A DNA stretch of 64,000 nucleotides from an uncultured Mycoplasmatota bacterium (GTDB lineage Bacteria > Bacillota_I > Bacilli_A > RF39 > UBA660), in assembly GCA_900548725.1 (NCBI GenBank), contig URLV01000004.1, positions 162 through 64,161 on the forward strand, read 5' to 3'. The notes beneath the pieces are model-generated. The model was not told the origin of the DNA. It searched no databases and saw only the letters and a program-made list of their open reading frames with translations. Each line of letters starts with the position of its first letter. The first letter of the stretch is position 1. Both the position numbers and the translations under genes were made by a program. Shown here piece after piece: positions 49,639 to 57,734 of the stretch.

Positions 49639-50679
49639 TTACTTTTCACCAAAATACTTTCCATAATTTGTAGCTTTAGTTATGCATTGTCTCCATTCAG
49701 GATGACATTTCGCAGTACCTGGATTTGAGTGGTTAGAATCGTACCAACTTTTTTTATCAACAATAAATTCAACAATAGTTTGACCATTATCATGACCCCA
49801 CTTATTACATCCATAATCATTTTGATTTTTTACATCTCCAATAATACATTTAATAACTGACCCATCTGCCTGTTCAAAATCAACAGAATCTCCAACTTCT
49901 CCAAAAGTTGTAGTTGTTGCAACTACATATCTATCTCCTATTTTAGCAAAACCTTCGGAATCATATGATTCCCCTGCTTTCTCTCTCAGTTTATATTGTT
50001 CAGATGTTTTTGAAGTAATCATTTGCCATCCCATATATGTATGAACTTTTCCTAAATTATTTGGCACATTTATCACTTTTTGTTCTTTTAAATTATTATC
50101 ATTTTGAATTTGAGACACAGTTTGATTTTCAAGAACGACTTGTTCCTCAGAAACATTTTGCTTTTTAGAATCATTAGAATTGCCAGTTGGTATAATTAAT
50201 TTTTGACCAACATGAATTAAACTAACATTTTTTATATTATTTACAGATGCTAAAGCAGATACAGTAGTTCCATATTTATATGCTATCTCACTTAAAGTAT
50301 CCCCACTAACAACAGTATAATTAAAATTTTTAGAATCAGAAGAACTTAAGGAATTATCATTATTCAAAACTTCCACATTATTATTTACAATAGAAACTTC
50401 ATTAATGCTAGAACTAATTTCAAATTGAAAACTATTTTGCAAGTTGGTGTGTGACTCTATAATATTATTAAGTAAATTAAATGAGTTATTCATTTTGTTT
50501 ATGGTTTCATCTACATTACTCAATATAGCTTTTTTTGCACCTTCAAAATTAAACTCCAATGCATCTCCAACATCATAAGATTGTATAGAATTTCTAACAT
50601 TTTCTAAATCATTACTAGAAACCTTAATCATATCAGCAACAGAACTAACAGCTTCTACATCCAAAATAAATTTTGTCAT
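49639..50679 (-). CDS. T7SS-substrate-like N-terminal helical domain, LysM, and an uncharacterised C-terminal domain
   Basis: About 100-aa helical N-terminus. LysM ([37 protein letters not shown]). C-terminal 140 aa ([26 protein letters not shown]) unplaced. Confidence 0.65.
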   Translation of the reverse strand: MTKFILDVEAVSSVADMIKVSSNDLENVRNSIQSYDVGDALEFNFEGAKKAILSNVDETINKMNNSFNLLNNIIESHTNLQNSFQFEISSSINEVSIVNNNVEVLNNDNSLSSSDSKNFNYTVVSGDTLSEIAYKYGTTVSALASVNNIKNVSLIHVGQKLIIPTGNSNDSKKQNVSEEQVVLENQTVSQIQNDNNLKEQKVINVPNNLGKVHTYMGWQMITSKTSEQYKLREKAGESYDSEGFAKIGDRYVVATTTTFGEVGDSVDFEQADGSVIKCIIGDVKNQNDYGCNKWGHDNGQTIVEFIVDKKSWYDSNHSNPGTAKCHPEWRQCITKATNYGKYFGEK

Positions 50680-50714
50680 ATCATCATTACTCCTTTTTTA
50701 TTTTAAAATAAACA

Positions 50715-51641
50715 TTAACTACCTGTATAAGTAAAATGCATTGGATCAGTACGATCAGACCAATCTCCACCCCAATAAAATCCATGCTTTTTCCATATTG
50801 CCACAACTTTTTCATTATTATAAAATTTAGAATCTTTATCTCCATGTGTACAAAAGCCATTTGCACTTACATTTAAATCTATTGCTGCTCCATAACTATG
50901 ATGAGATAATTTGCTACTACCTTCCATATTTCTAAAACAAAAACTTGCACTATCACTTACTGGAAATCCAATTTGATATAATTCATTATAAACAGCCTTT
51001 ACCTCTTCAGCCAATTTTTTATGAACTTGTATTTTTAAATCACGTGATACTCCATTTCCGTCATAAGCCTTAACAGTAATTATTGTCATATACTTTCTTG
51101 CTTGACTTTGAGTAGTTGGTTTGCCATCAGGAAACAAATATTTTAATCTTTGATTCTTTGGAATTTTAGCGGCTTCTCCAACAGTAGGAACTAATCCTAA
51201 CAAACCAGTAGTATCAGCAAAAGCACTAATAGAATCTCCACTTTTAATAGAAGTTATAATTGCTGATAATAATTTTTCAATTTCATTTTTCAATCCAGTT
51301 AAATGTTCGTTACAGGTAGAGACATTATCTAGTAAAGCTTTCTTTTCATTATCATCCTGACAATTAATTATTTGAGATTCAATACTCTCTTTTTCTTCTT
51401 TTTTAGTTTTATACTCATTAAACTTTCTTACCGCACCAGCATAGCTATTTAATTGACTATTAATAGGTTCATCAAATAAATTTAAAAAATCATTAACTTT
51501 AGATACAAAATTATTTCTAGAACTACCACTCCAATAATTTTGACTTATAGTATTAATTGATTCACTAACTTTAGAAAAAGACTTAGCAAAGTATTCACGA
51601 TCAGAATTAATTGTTGCCTCTAAATTTACTAAATCAGTCAC
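50715..51641 (-). CDS. WXG/LXG-like N-terminal domain fused to an M15 (VanY-type) peptidoglycan peptidase
   Basis: NYWSGSSRNNF WXG motif in the helical N-terminus. C-terminal SHHSYGAAIDLN and DPMHF zinc-peptidase motifs. I prefer the GTG start at 51641 (after AGGCTAGGTGA). The ORF-track extension to 51776 reads like AT-rich promoter DNA. Confidence 0.7.
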   Translation of the reverse strand: MTDLVNLEATINSDREYFAKSFSKVSESINTISQNYWSGSSRNNFVSKVNDFLNLFDEPINSQLNSYAGAVRKFNEYKTKKEEKESIESQIINCQDDNEKKALLDNVSTCNEHLTGLKNEIEKLLSAIITSIKSGDSISAFADTTGLLGLVPTVGEAAKIPKNQRLKYLFPDGKPTTQSQARKYMTIITVKAYDGNGVSRDLKIQVHKKLAEEVKAVYNELYQIGFPVSDSASFCFRNMEGSSKLSHHSYGAAIDLNVSANGFCTHGDKDSKFYNNEKVVAIWKKHGFYWGGDWSDRTDPMHFTYTGS

Positions 51642-51814
51642 ATTATCACCTAGCCTTCTAAAAAAATAATAACAAACAAAAAAATATATTTCAACATATA
51701 CAAAAAAAATATACAAAACGTTTACATGCTTAATTTCAAATGTTTTTTTCATTAATTTACATATTATGGCATACATGATATACTTTATCTATAATATTGG
51801 AAGGAAAATAAAAA

Positions 51815-52447
51815 ATGAAAAAATCAACATTAAATATATTAATCTATATTTTATTTCCAAGTATAATACCTCTATTCTTTACGAATAATCCTCATTCAAA
51901 AGAATACATTATTTATTTGTTTATATCTTATATCTTATTAACAACATATTTCACAACTATTTATAAAGAAGAATTAATAAATAATTTAAAGAAATTAAAT
52001 AAAAAAAATATATTAATAACATTAATATATTTTATAGTAGGTTTCTTATTGATGGTATTATCTAACTATATTATAAATTATATTATAATACCAAATGGTA
52101 TATCTAATAATGAACAAGGTAATAGAGAATTATTATTAAATAATAAATTATTATATGGTATATTATTAACACTAATAATACCATATATAGAAGAAATATT
52201 ATTTAGATTAAGCTTAAAAAAAAGTATAAAAAACAATACTGTATTTATATTAGTATCATCATCTATATTTGGTTTATTACATATAGTATCAACTACTAAA
52301 CTTATAGAATTATTATACTTTATACCATATTTTATATTAGGTTTAACATTTAGTACAATATATACTAAAACAAACAACATATTTTGTAGTACAATATCAC
52401 ATATATTAAATAATACAATAACAGTACTAATAATATTATTATTTTAG
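51815..52447 (+). CDS. CPBP family intramembrane protease (Abi/CAAX-like)
   Basis: IPYIEEILFR (EExxxR), FGLLH and HILNN motifs. Polytopic. Confidence 0.8.
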   Translation: MKKSTLNILIYILFPSIIPLFFTNNPHSKEYIIYLFISYILLTTYFTTIYKEELINNLKKLNKKNILITLIYFIVGFLLMVLSNYIINYIIIPNGISNNEQGNRELLLNNKLLYGILLTLIIPYIEEILFRLSLKKSIKNNTVFILVSSSIFGLLHIVSTTKLIELLYFIPYFILGLTFSTIYTKTNNIFCSTISHILNNTITVLIILLF

Positions 52448-52458
52448 AAAGGTAATTT

Positions 52459-53310
52459 ATGAAAAAAGAAGATAAAAAAAATATAAAAAAGAAAAAACAT
52501 AACATACTAATATATTTTATACTAGTAATAACATTACTATTTTTATATTCTAAATACATAGAACCATATAATTTAACTATAAAAGAATATAAAATAGAAA
52601 ATAAGTATTTACCAAAATCATTCGATGGTATAAAAATAGTACATTTCTCAGATATTCATCTGGGAAGTACAGTAGATATTAAATATTTAGATAAAATAGT
52701 TAATTTAATTAATAAACAAAATCCAGATATAGTAGTGTTCACAGGAGATATGCTAGATAAAAGAAGAACTTTAAATGATTCTGAAATAGAATCAGTAAAA
52801 AAATCTTTATCCAAAATAAAAAGTAATTTAGGAAATTATGCAGTTTCAGGAAATCATGACATTAAACAATTAGACACATATAAAAAAATAATGGATACTA
52901 ATTTTACTATTTTAGACAATGAAGAAAAACTAATATATTATAAAGAAAACACTCCCATCTCCATTGTAGGATTATCTGATCCAAGCGAAACAAAAATAAA
53001 TTATGATGTACTAGAAAAAGAAAATGATTATTATAGATTCGTATTATGTCATGAACCAGATGAATATAAAAAAATATCTAATTATAGTTTCAATGTAATG
53101 TTTTCTGGCCATTCACATGGAGGACAAGTTAGACTACCATTTATAGGAAAAATATATACTCCTATTGGGGCAAAAACTTATTATGATGATTATTATAAAT
53201 TAGATAATAAAGAAATATTTATATCAAATGGTATTGGAACAACAAGAATAGATATTCGTTTTAATTCAGCGCCAAGTATTAACTTATATAGATTATATGC
53301 CCAAAATTAA
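52459..53310 (+). CDS. membrane-anchored metallophosphoesterase (YkuE-like)
   Basis: SDIHLG, TGDMLD, GNHD, GHSHGGQ motifs. Confidence 0.8.
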   Translation: MKKEDKKNIKKKKHNILIYFILVITLLFLYSKYIEPYNLTIKEYKIENKYLPKSFDGIKIVHFSDIHLGSTVDIKYLDKIVNLINKQNPDIVVFTGDMLDKRRTLNDSEIESVKKSLSKIKSNLGNYAVSGNHDIKQLDTYKKIMDTNFTILDNEEKLIYYKENTPISIVGLSDPSETKINYDVLEKENDYYRFVLCHEPDEYKKISNYSFNVMFSGHSHGGQVRLPFIGKIYTPIGAKTYYDDYYKLDNKEIFISNGIGTTRIDIRFNSAPSINLYRLYAQN

Positions 53311-53348
53311 ACCTCCTTATTCATATACTATTATGAGAGGAGTTTTTT

Positions 53349-53579
53349 ATGTATTATAATAATTACGGGATACAAAACCCAAATGAAGATAGACAATTTT
53401 TCGTACCATTTTTATTAGGTGGACTTGCAGGAGCTGGATTAGTAGGAGTATCACGCCCAAGACCAGTATATGTAAATTCACCAAACCAATACCCATATCA
53501 ACCTTACCAACCTTATTATAATAATCCATACTATAGACCAAGTGGATATTATAATTATTCTTCTGGAGGATATTATTAA
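53349..53579 (+). CDS. 76-aa Tyr/Pro/Asn/Gly-rich protein with a central hydrophobic segment
   Basis: GAGAGGAG SD. ..FFVPFLLGGLAGAGLVGV.. flanked by YYNN/QYPYQPYQPYYNNPYY repeats. Confidence 0.5.
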   Translation: MYYNNYGIQNPNEDRQFFVPFLLGGLAGAGLVGVSRPRPVYVNSPNQYPYQPYQPYYNNPYYRPSGYYNYSSGGYY

Positions 53580-53588
53580 TATCTTCTT

Positions 53589-54263
53589 TTATTTTAAATG
53601 TTTTTCTATAATAATATGCTCTTCTATCAATCTATTTTTTATTTTATTCAAAATATCTTTAATTACTCTAGACAAATAAGATTGAGAAATATTAACTTCT
53701 TTAGCAATTTCTACTTGAGTATATTTTCTACCATTGAAGCCAAAATACATTTCCACTATTATTTTTTCTTTCAAAGGTAGTTCACTAATAATTTTTCTAA
53801 CCATTTCATATTCTTCTTTTGTAAATACATTTTCAAAAAAGTCTTTTTCATCGCATAACAATTCAACAAAAGTTGTATCTGAAACACAATTAACATAATT
53901 ATCCAATCTTAATAAATTCAAATGTTTCCTTACATTTCTTAATGACATCCTAATTTCATTATCAATACATTTAGAAGCATAAGTAGCAAATTTGCTATTT
54001 TTTGTTCCATCATAATTATCAATCGCTTTTATTAAACCAATTATTCCAGCAGAAACTAAATCGTCTTTATCACATAAAGAATTAGAAAATTTTGAATTAA
54101 CTTCATATATAACAAAACTTAAATTGTGCTCTATTATTTTTTCTCTTGCAGAATAATCACCATTTTTCATATCTAAAAAATAATTGTTTAATTCTTCATC
54201 TGAAAGTTTATCAGACAAAACTTCATAATTATTCAATTCTTTAAAATAACTTATTTCATTCAT
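53589..54263 (-). CDS. sigma-70 family sigma factor, sporulation-type (SigE/F/G/K-like)
   Basis: DLVSAGIIGLIKAIDNYD (2.2), FATYASKCIDNEI (2.3/2.4), TQVEIAKEVNISQSYLSRVIK (4.2). Start at 54263 after GGGGGT. Confidence 0.75.
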   Translation of the reverse strand: MNEISYFKELNNYEVLSDKLSDEELNNYFLDMKNGDYSAREKIIEHNLSFVIYEVNSKFSNSLCDKDDLVSAGIIGLIKAIDNYDGTKNSKFATYASKCIDNEIRMSLRNVRKHLNLLRLDNYVNCVSDTTFVELLCDEKDFFENVFTKEEYEMVRKIISELPLKEKIIVEMYFGFNGRKYTQVEIAKEVNISQSYLSRVIKDILNKIKNRLIEEHIIIEKHLK

Positions 54264-54313
54264 AATATTACCCCCAATTTGTTCAAATAATGTATCACAA
54301 AATATAATAAAAG

Positions 54314-55372
54314 TCAAAAATTTAAAGAGTTCTTCTTCTTTACATTAAATAATATTCCAAACAATATAAAATAACTAATCAAACTACTCCCACCATAACT
54401 AACAAAAGGAAGTGTTATACCAGTAATTGGTAAAAGTCCTATATCCATAAATATATGTTGTACTTGTTGATACAAAAATAATCCAAATAATCCAATCACA
54501 TAATACTTGTGTTTATTTAATTTAAATATATCTTTAACAAGCATAATATCTATAATTAAAAACAAACTAACAACAACTACACCACCTACAAAACCAAACA
54601 TAGTTAATATATTTGCAAACATAAAATCAGTTATAGCTTCGGGTATATAAATAACGTATTTATTAAAGTTACCAATAACTCCTCCATTACCAATACCAAT
54701 TAAAGCATTATTAATTTGATAGCCTTCATTCTTCGTGAAATTAATAATCCTATCTATTCTATAAAAGAAATTAGTACCAAATATTTTAATAAACAAATCA
54801 CTATTAAAAAAATATAAATAAAAAAATATTCCAATCCCTATAAAACACAAACTAAATAAACTAATATAGTATTTCTTTTTCAATCCCATACATATAAAAA
54901 TACTAAAATATATTACTAAATAAAATAAAACAGTACCAGTATCAGGTTGTAAAAAAGTTAGAATACTAGGAATTAATAATAAAACTATACTTTTTATAAA
55001 ACCATACTTACTTTTAACATATTTATCTAAACACAACAATAAACCTATTTTAGCGAACTCACTAGGTTGTATACTAATACCAAATAAATTAATCCAACTC
55101 TTACTACCATTAATAGTATCTCCAAAGAATAATACATATACTAACATAAATATACTAATTAAATATATTAAAAAACTATATTTATATATTATATTAAAAT
55201 TAACACACTTAAAAAAGAACAATAATATTATCCCAATAACAACATATATTATTTGTCTTTTAAAAAAATACATATAGTTATTAACAATATTTTTAGAACA
55301 ATATATTGATATAATACCAATAAAACATAATAAAATTATAGGAATAAAATATTTAATAAAATCTTTCTTCAT
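54314..55372 (-). CDS. FtsW/RodA/SpoVE family (SEDS) protein
   Basis: 10-TM layout, QPSEFAK, DTG, LPITGITLPFVSYGGSS. Confidence 0.9.
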   Translation of the reverse strand: MKKDFIKYFIPIILLCFIGIISIYCSKNIVNNYMYFFKRQIIYVVIGIILLFFFKCVNFNIIYKYSFLIYLISIFMLVYVLFFGDTINGSKSWINLFGISIQPSEFAKIGLLLCLDKYVKSKYGFIKSIVLLLIPSILTFLQPDTGTVLFYLVIYFSIFICMGLKKKYYISLFSLCFIGIGIFFYLYFFNSDLFIKIFGTNFFYRIDRIINFTKNEGYQINNALIGIGNGGVIGNFNKYVIYIPEAITDFMFANILTMFGFVGGVVVVSLFLIIDIMLVKDIFKLNKHKYYVIGLFGLFLYQQVQHIFMDIGLLPITGITLPFVSYGGSSLISYFILFGILFNVKKKNSLNF

Positions 55373-55429
55373 ATTAATATTTTGTAAATATTATTTAAAA
55401 TTATTCATATATATTATTAGGGTGAATAT

Positions 55430-55732
55430 ATGAAAAAATTACCAGATTTATTTACAAATACTTTTAACAAAAAGATTGATAACAACGAAGAATATATTAC
55501 TATTAAAAATGATAATACTCCATTAGAAAAGCCATCAAAATATGAACTTAATAAAAAAATAGATAATATATTTAAATCAAATGATTATATTTATAAAATC
55601 AAAGTAAATATTACTTTAAAAGATAAAGAAATAATATGCACTTTAATAGGTAAAACAAACAATAATCTAATTACTATTGATAACAAACTAATAAATATAA
55701 AAGATATAATAGATATTAAAAAAGTTGATTGA
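55430..55732 (+). CDS. hypothetical protein (100 aa)
   Basis: SD present. Followed by a TCTAGT..ACTAGA hairpin and T-run. Confidence 0.5.
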   Translation: MKKLPDLFTNTFNKKIDNNEEYITIKNDNTPLEKPSKYELNKKIDNIFKSNDYIYKIKVNITLKDKEIICTLIGKTNNNLITIDNKLINIKDIIDIKKVD

Positions 55733-55820
55733 AGTTTATTCTAGTTAAATACTAGATTTTTTTATGCCACTTTTTATAACATGAAAAAAACTTGTGAAAC
55801 TCACAAGCTTAATAATCAAC

Positions 55821-55896
55821 TGGTGTCTCGTATGCGACTTGAACGCATGACCCTTTGATTAAAAGTCAAATGCTCTACCAACTGAGCTAACGAGAC
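55821..55896 (-). tRNA. tRNA-Lys (UUU)
   Basis: Anticodon loop CTTTTAA. CCA encoded. Confidence 0.9.
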
Positions 55897-55913
55897 GAAT
55901 ATAATAATTAAGA

Positions 55914-55989
55914 TGGCTGCCTCGGGTGGGTTCGAACCACCGGAATGTCAGAGTCAAAGTCTGATGCCTTACCACTTGGCTACGAGGCA
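55914..55989 (-). tRNA. tRNA-Gln (UUG)
   Basis: Anticodon loop CTTTGAC, U1-A72 acceptor, CCA encoded. Confidence 0.9.
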
Positions 55990-55997
55990 ATCTAAAG

Positions 55998-56081
55998 TGG
56001 TGGAGGGACATGGATTTGAACCATGGAACCCGAAGGAACAGATTTACAGTCTGCCGCGTTTGACCACTTCGCTATCCCTCC
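55998..56081 (-). tRNA. tRNA-Tyr (GUA)
   Basis: Anticodon loop CTGTAAA, long variable arm. Confidence 0.9.
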
Positions 56082-56086
56082 AAAAG

Positions 56087-56162
56087 TGGTGCCGACAGAG
56101 GGAGTCGAACCCCCAACCTACTGATTACAAGTCAGTTGCGCTGCCAGTTACGCTATGTCGGC
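56087..56162 (-). tRNA. tRNA-Thr (UGU)
   Basis: Anticodon loop CTTGTAA. Confidence 0.9.
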
Positions 56163-56168
56163 AAAAAA

Positions 56169-56245
56169 TGGTGGGCGATATAGGACTCGAACCTATGACC
56201 CCCTGCTTGTAAGGCAGGTGCTCTAACCAACTGAGCTAATCGCCC
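56169..56245 (-). tRNA. tRNA-Val (UAC)
   Basis: Anticodon loop CTTACAA. Confidence 0.9.
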
Positions 56246-56268
56246 GAGAGATATTCTAAACAAATAAA

Positions 56269-56357
56269 TGGTGCCCAAGGCCGGACTTGAACCGGCACGA
56301 GGGTTAAATCTCGCAGGATTTTAAGTCCTGTGCGTCTACCTGTTCCGCCACTTGGGC
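56269..56357 (-). tRNA. tRNA-Leu (UAA)
   Basis: Anticodon loop CTTAAAA, long variable arm. Confidence 0.9.
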
Positions 56358-56370
56358 GACACCACTCGGC

Positions 56371-56388
56371 GTCTTAATTAATTAAGAC
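56371..56388. repeat. perfect 18-bp palindrome in the leader of the minus-strand tRNA operon
   Basis: GTCTTAATTAATTAAGAC lies between the predicted -10 and tRNA-Leu. Confidence 0.7.
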
Positions 56389-56394
56389 TATTTG

Positions 56395-56423
56395 AGTATA
56401 ACCCAAAAATAAATTTAAATCAA
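56395..56423 (-). promoter_or_regulatory. promoter of the Leu-Val-Thr-Tyr-Gln-Lys tRNA operon
   Basis: Minus strand TTGATT (56418-56423), 17 nt, TATACT (56395-56400). Confidence 0.6.
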
Positions 56424-56512
56424 CACTTTTTTTCAATTTTTTTAAAAAAATAGCAAAAAAGTTAAAATTTTATAAAAAATTACACTTTTTTTATGTTTTT
56501 TTCCAAAATTTG

Positions 56513-56542
56513 TTGACTAATTTTATTTTTATATGCTATAAT
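56513..56542 (+). promoter_or_regulatory. promoter of the Ser-fMet-Asp-Phe tRNA operon
   Basis: TTGACT (56513-56518), 18 nt, TATAAT (56537-56542). Confidence 0.65.
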
Positions 56543-56566
56543 CAACTTGTTCCTTGAAGAACAAAT

Positions 56567-56657
56567 GGAGAAATACCCAAGTCCGGTTGAAGGGACTGGT
56601 CTTGAAAACCAGGAGGTCGGCAACGGCGCGGGGGTTCGAATCCCTCTTTCTCCGCCA
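56567..56657 (+). tRNA. tRNA-Ser (UGA)
   Basis: Anticodon loop CTTGAAA, long variable arm. Confidence 0.9.
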
Positions 56658-56674
56658 ATTAATTTTATATTCAT

Positions 56675-56751
56675 CGCGGGATGGAGCAGTTCGGTAGCTC
56701 GCTGGGCTCATAACCCAGAGGTCGTAGGTTCAAATCCTACTCCCGCAACCA
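56675..56751 (+). tRNA. initiator tRNA-fMet (CAU)
   Basis: CGCGGG 5' end with a C1/A72 mismatch and GGG/CCC in the anticodon stem. Confidence 0.85.
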
Positions 56752-56753
56752 AT

Positions 56754-56830
56754 GGTCCGTTAGTCTAGAGGCCTATGACGTCTGCCTGTCACGCAGAAGA
56801 TCACGGGTTCGAATCCCGTACGGACCGCCA
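56754..56830 (+). tRNA. tRNA-Asp (GUC)
   Basis: Anticodon loop CTGTCAC. Confidence 0.9.
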
Positions 56831-56839
56831 TTTTTTATT

Positions 56840-56915
<76 letters not shown>

Positions 56916-56930
56916 TTTTGGAAATACAAA

Positions 56931-56956
56931 AGCACTAACAGTTAGTGCTTTTTTTC
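56931..56956 (+). terminator. terminator of the plus-strand tRNA operon
   Basis: AGCACTAAC-A-GTTAGTGCT followed by a T-run. Confidence 0.7.
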
Positions 56957-57074
56957 TATGCAAAGCATATAAAAATTCATCACAAACAATATTAAAATTT
57001 TTGTATAAGAAAAAATATTTTAATAACTTACTTTTAAACAATAATAAAAAAATAGTTATCTCTAACTATATTTC

Positions 57075-57419
57075 TTAGTGAATTTCTTTTAAAATATCAT
57101 CCATCCACTTTTCTAAATTTTCTTGTAAAGGAGAAAATCCTCTTACAGATTCTCTAACTTTTCTATTCTTATAAAATTCCTTATAATTTAATCCCTTAAT
57201 AGATAAACTTAATCTATTTTTTTCTTTATCATAATCAATAACTTTCATAAAAATTTTTTCACCAATACTAACATATTTTGTAATATTAGATATATAATTA
57301 TTAGCAATCTCACTGATATGAATTAAACCATCAGTATCTCCTACTTTAACAAAAATACCATAAGGTTCAATTCCAGTCACCTCTCCTTTTACAATACTTC
57401 CAACTTCAAAGTCTTCCAT
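57075..57419 (-). CDS. S1 domain RNA-binding protein
   Basis: GSIVKGEVTGIEPYGIFVKVGDTDGLIHISEI S1 fold signature. Confidence 0.8.
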   Translation of the reverse strand: MEDFEVGSIVKGEVTGIEPYGIFVKVGDTDGLIHISEIANNYISNITKYVSIGEKIFMKVIDYDKEKNRLSLSIKGLNYKEFYKNRKVRESVRGFSPLQENLEKWMDDILKEIH

Positions 57420-57502
57420 TATTGCACCTCTCGCCCAATATTATATCAAATTTTATTTACTAAGTAAAATATTTTAGATATAATATACTTTGGTGAAGAA
57501 AC

Positions 57503-57733
57503 ATGAAAGAAATAGATTTAATAAATGAAGTAATAAATGACATAAAACCATATTTAAATTCAGAAGGTGGAGATATAGAATTTATTAAATATGAAGACGA
57601 TTATGTGTACGTAAAATTATTTGGAGCTTGTAGTCATTGTGGATATCAAGATTATACTTTAAACGATAACGTATATGAATTGATAAAAGAAAAAATACCA
57701 ACTTGTAAAGGCGTAATAAATGTAGAAATATAA
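57503..57733 (+). CDS. NifU C-terminal-like Fe-S scaffold/carrier domain protein
   Basis: GGDIEFIKYEDDYVYVKLFGACSHC. Confidence 0.8.
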   Translation: MKEIDLINEVINDIKPYLNSEGGDIEFIKYEDDYVYVKLFGACSHCGYQDYTLNDNVYELIKEKIPTCKGVINVEI

Positions 57734-57734
57734 T

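Noticed and set aside
51642-51776. 45-codon N-terminal extension of the WXG-M15 ORF given in the ORF track (MYAIICKLMKK..YYFFRRLGDN).
   Set aside because: It reads like translated AT-rich promoter DNA, and the family-like sequence begins at the GTG (51641) that follows AGGCTAGGTGA. The extension is kept as an alternative only. Similar N-terminal trimming was applied to recA, rpsO, ogg, the pilin, DUF1653, the sigma factor and others, but only where a clear SD supports a downstream start.
52078-52559. Minus-strand ORFs 52078-52380 and 52365-52559 opposite the CPBP and phosphoesterase genes.
   Set aside because: The plus-strand genes carry diagnostic motifs (EExxxR/FxxxH/HxxxN; DIHLG/GNHD/GHSHGGQ). 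The antisense ORFs have none.
53347-53541. 64-aa minus-strand ORF opposite the Tyr/Pro-rich small gene, and 53598-53780 opposite the sigma factor gene.
   Set aside because: The plus-strand 53349-53579 ORF has a strong GAGAGGAG SD and a coherent repeat composition. The sigma factor frame is motif-supported.
55913-56212. 99-aa ORF across the minus-strand tRNA cluster, plus ORFs 56480-56674, 56529-56711, 56547-56768 and 56881-57078 across the plus-strand tRNA cluster.
   Set aside because: They are read-through of GC-rich tRNA genes. Every segment is explained by a cloverleaf tRNA with a proper anticodon loop and CCA.
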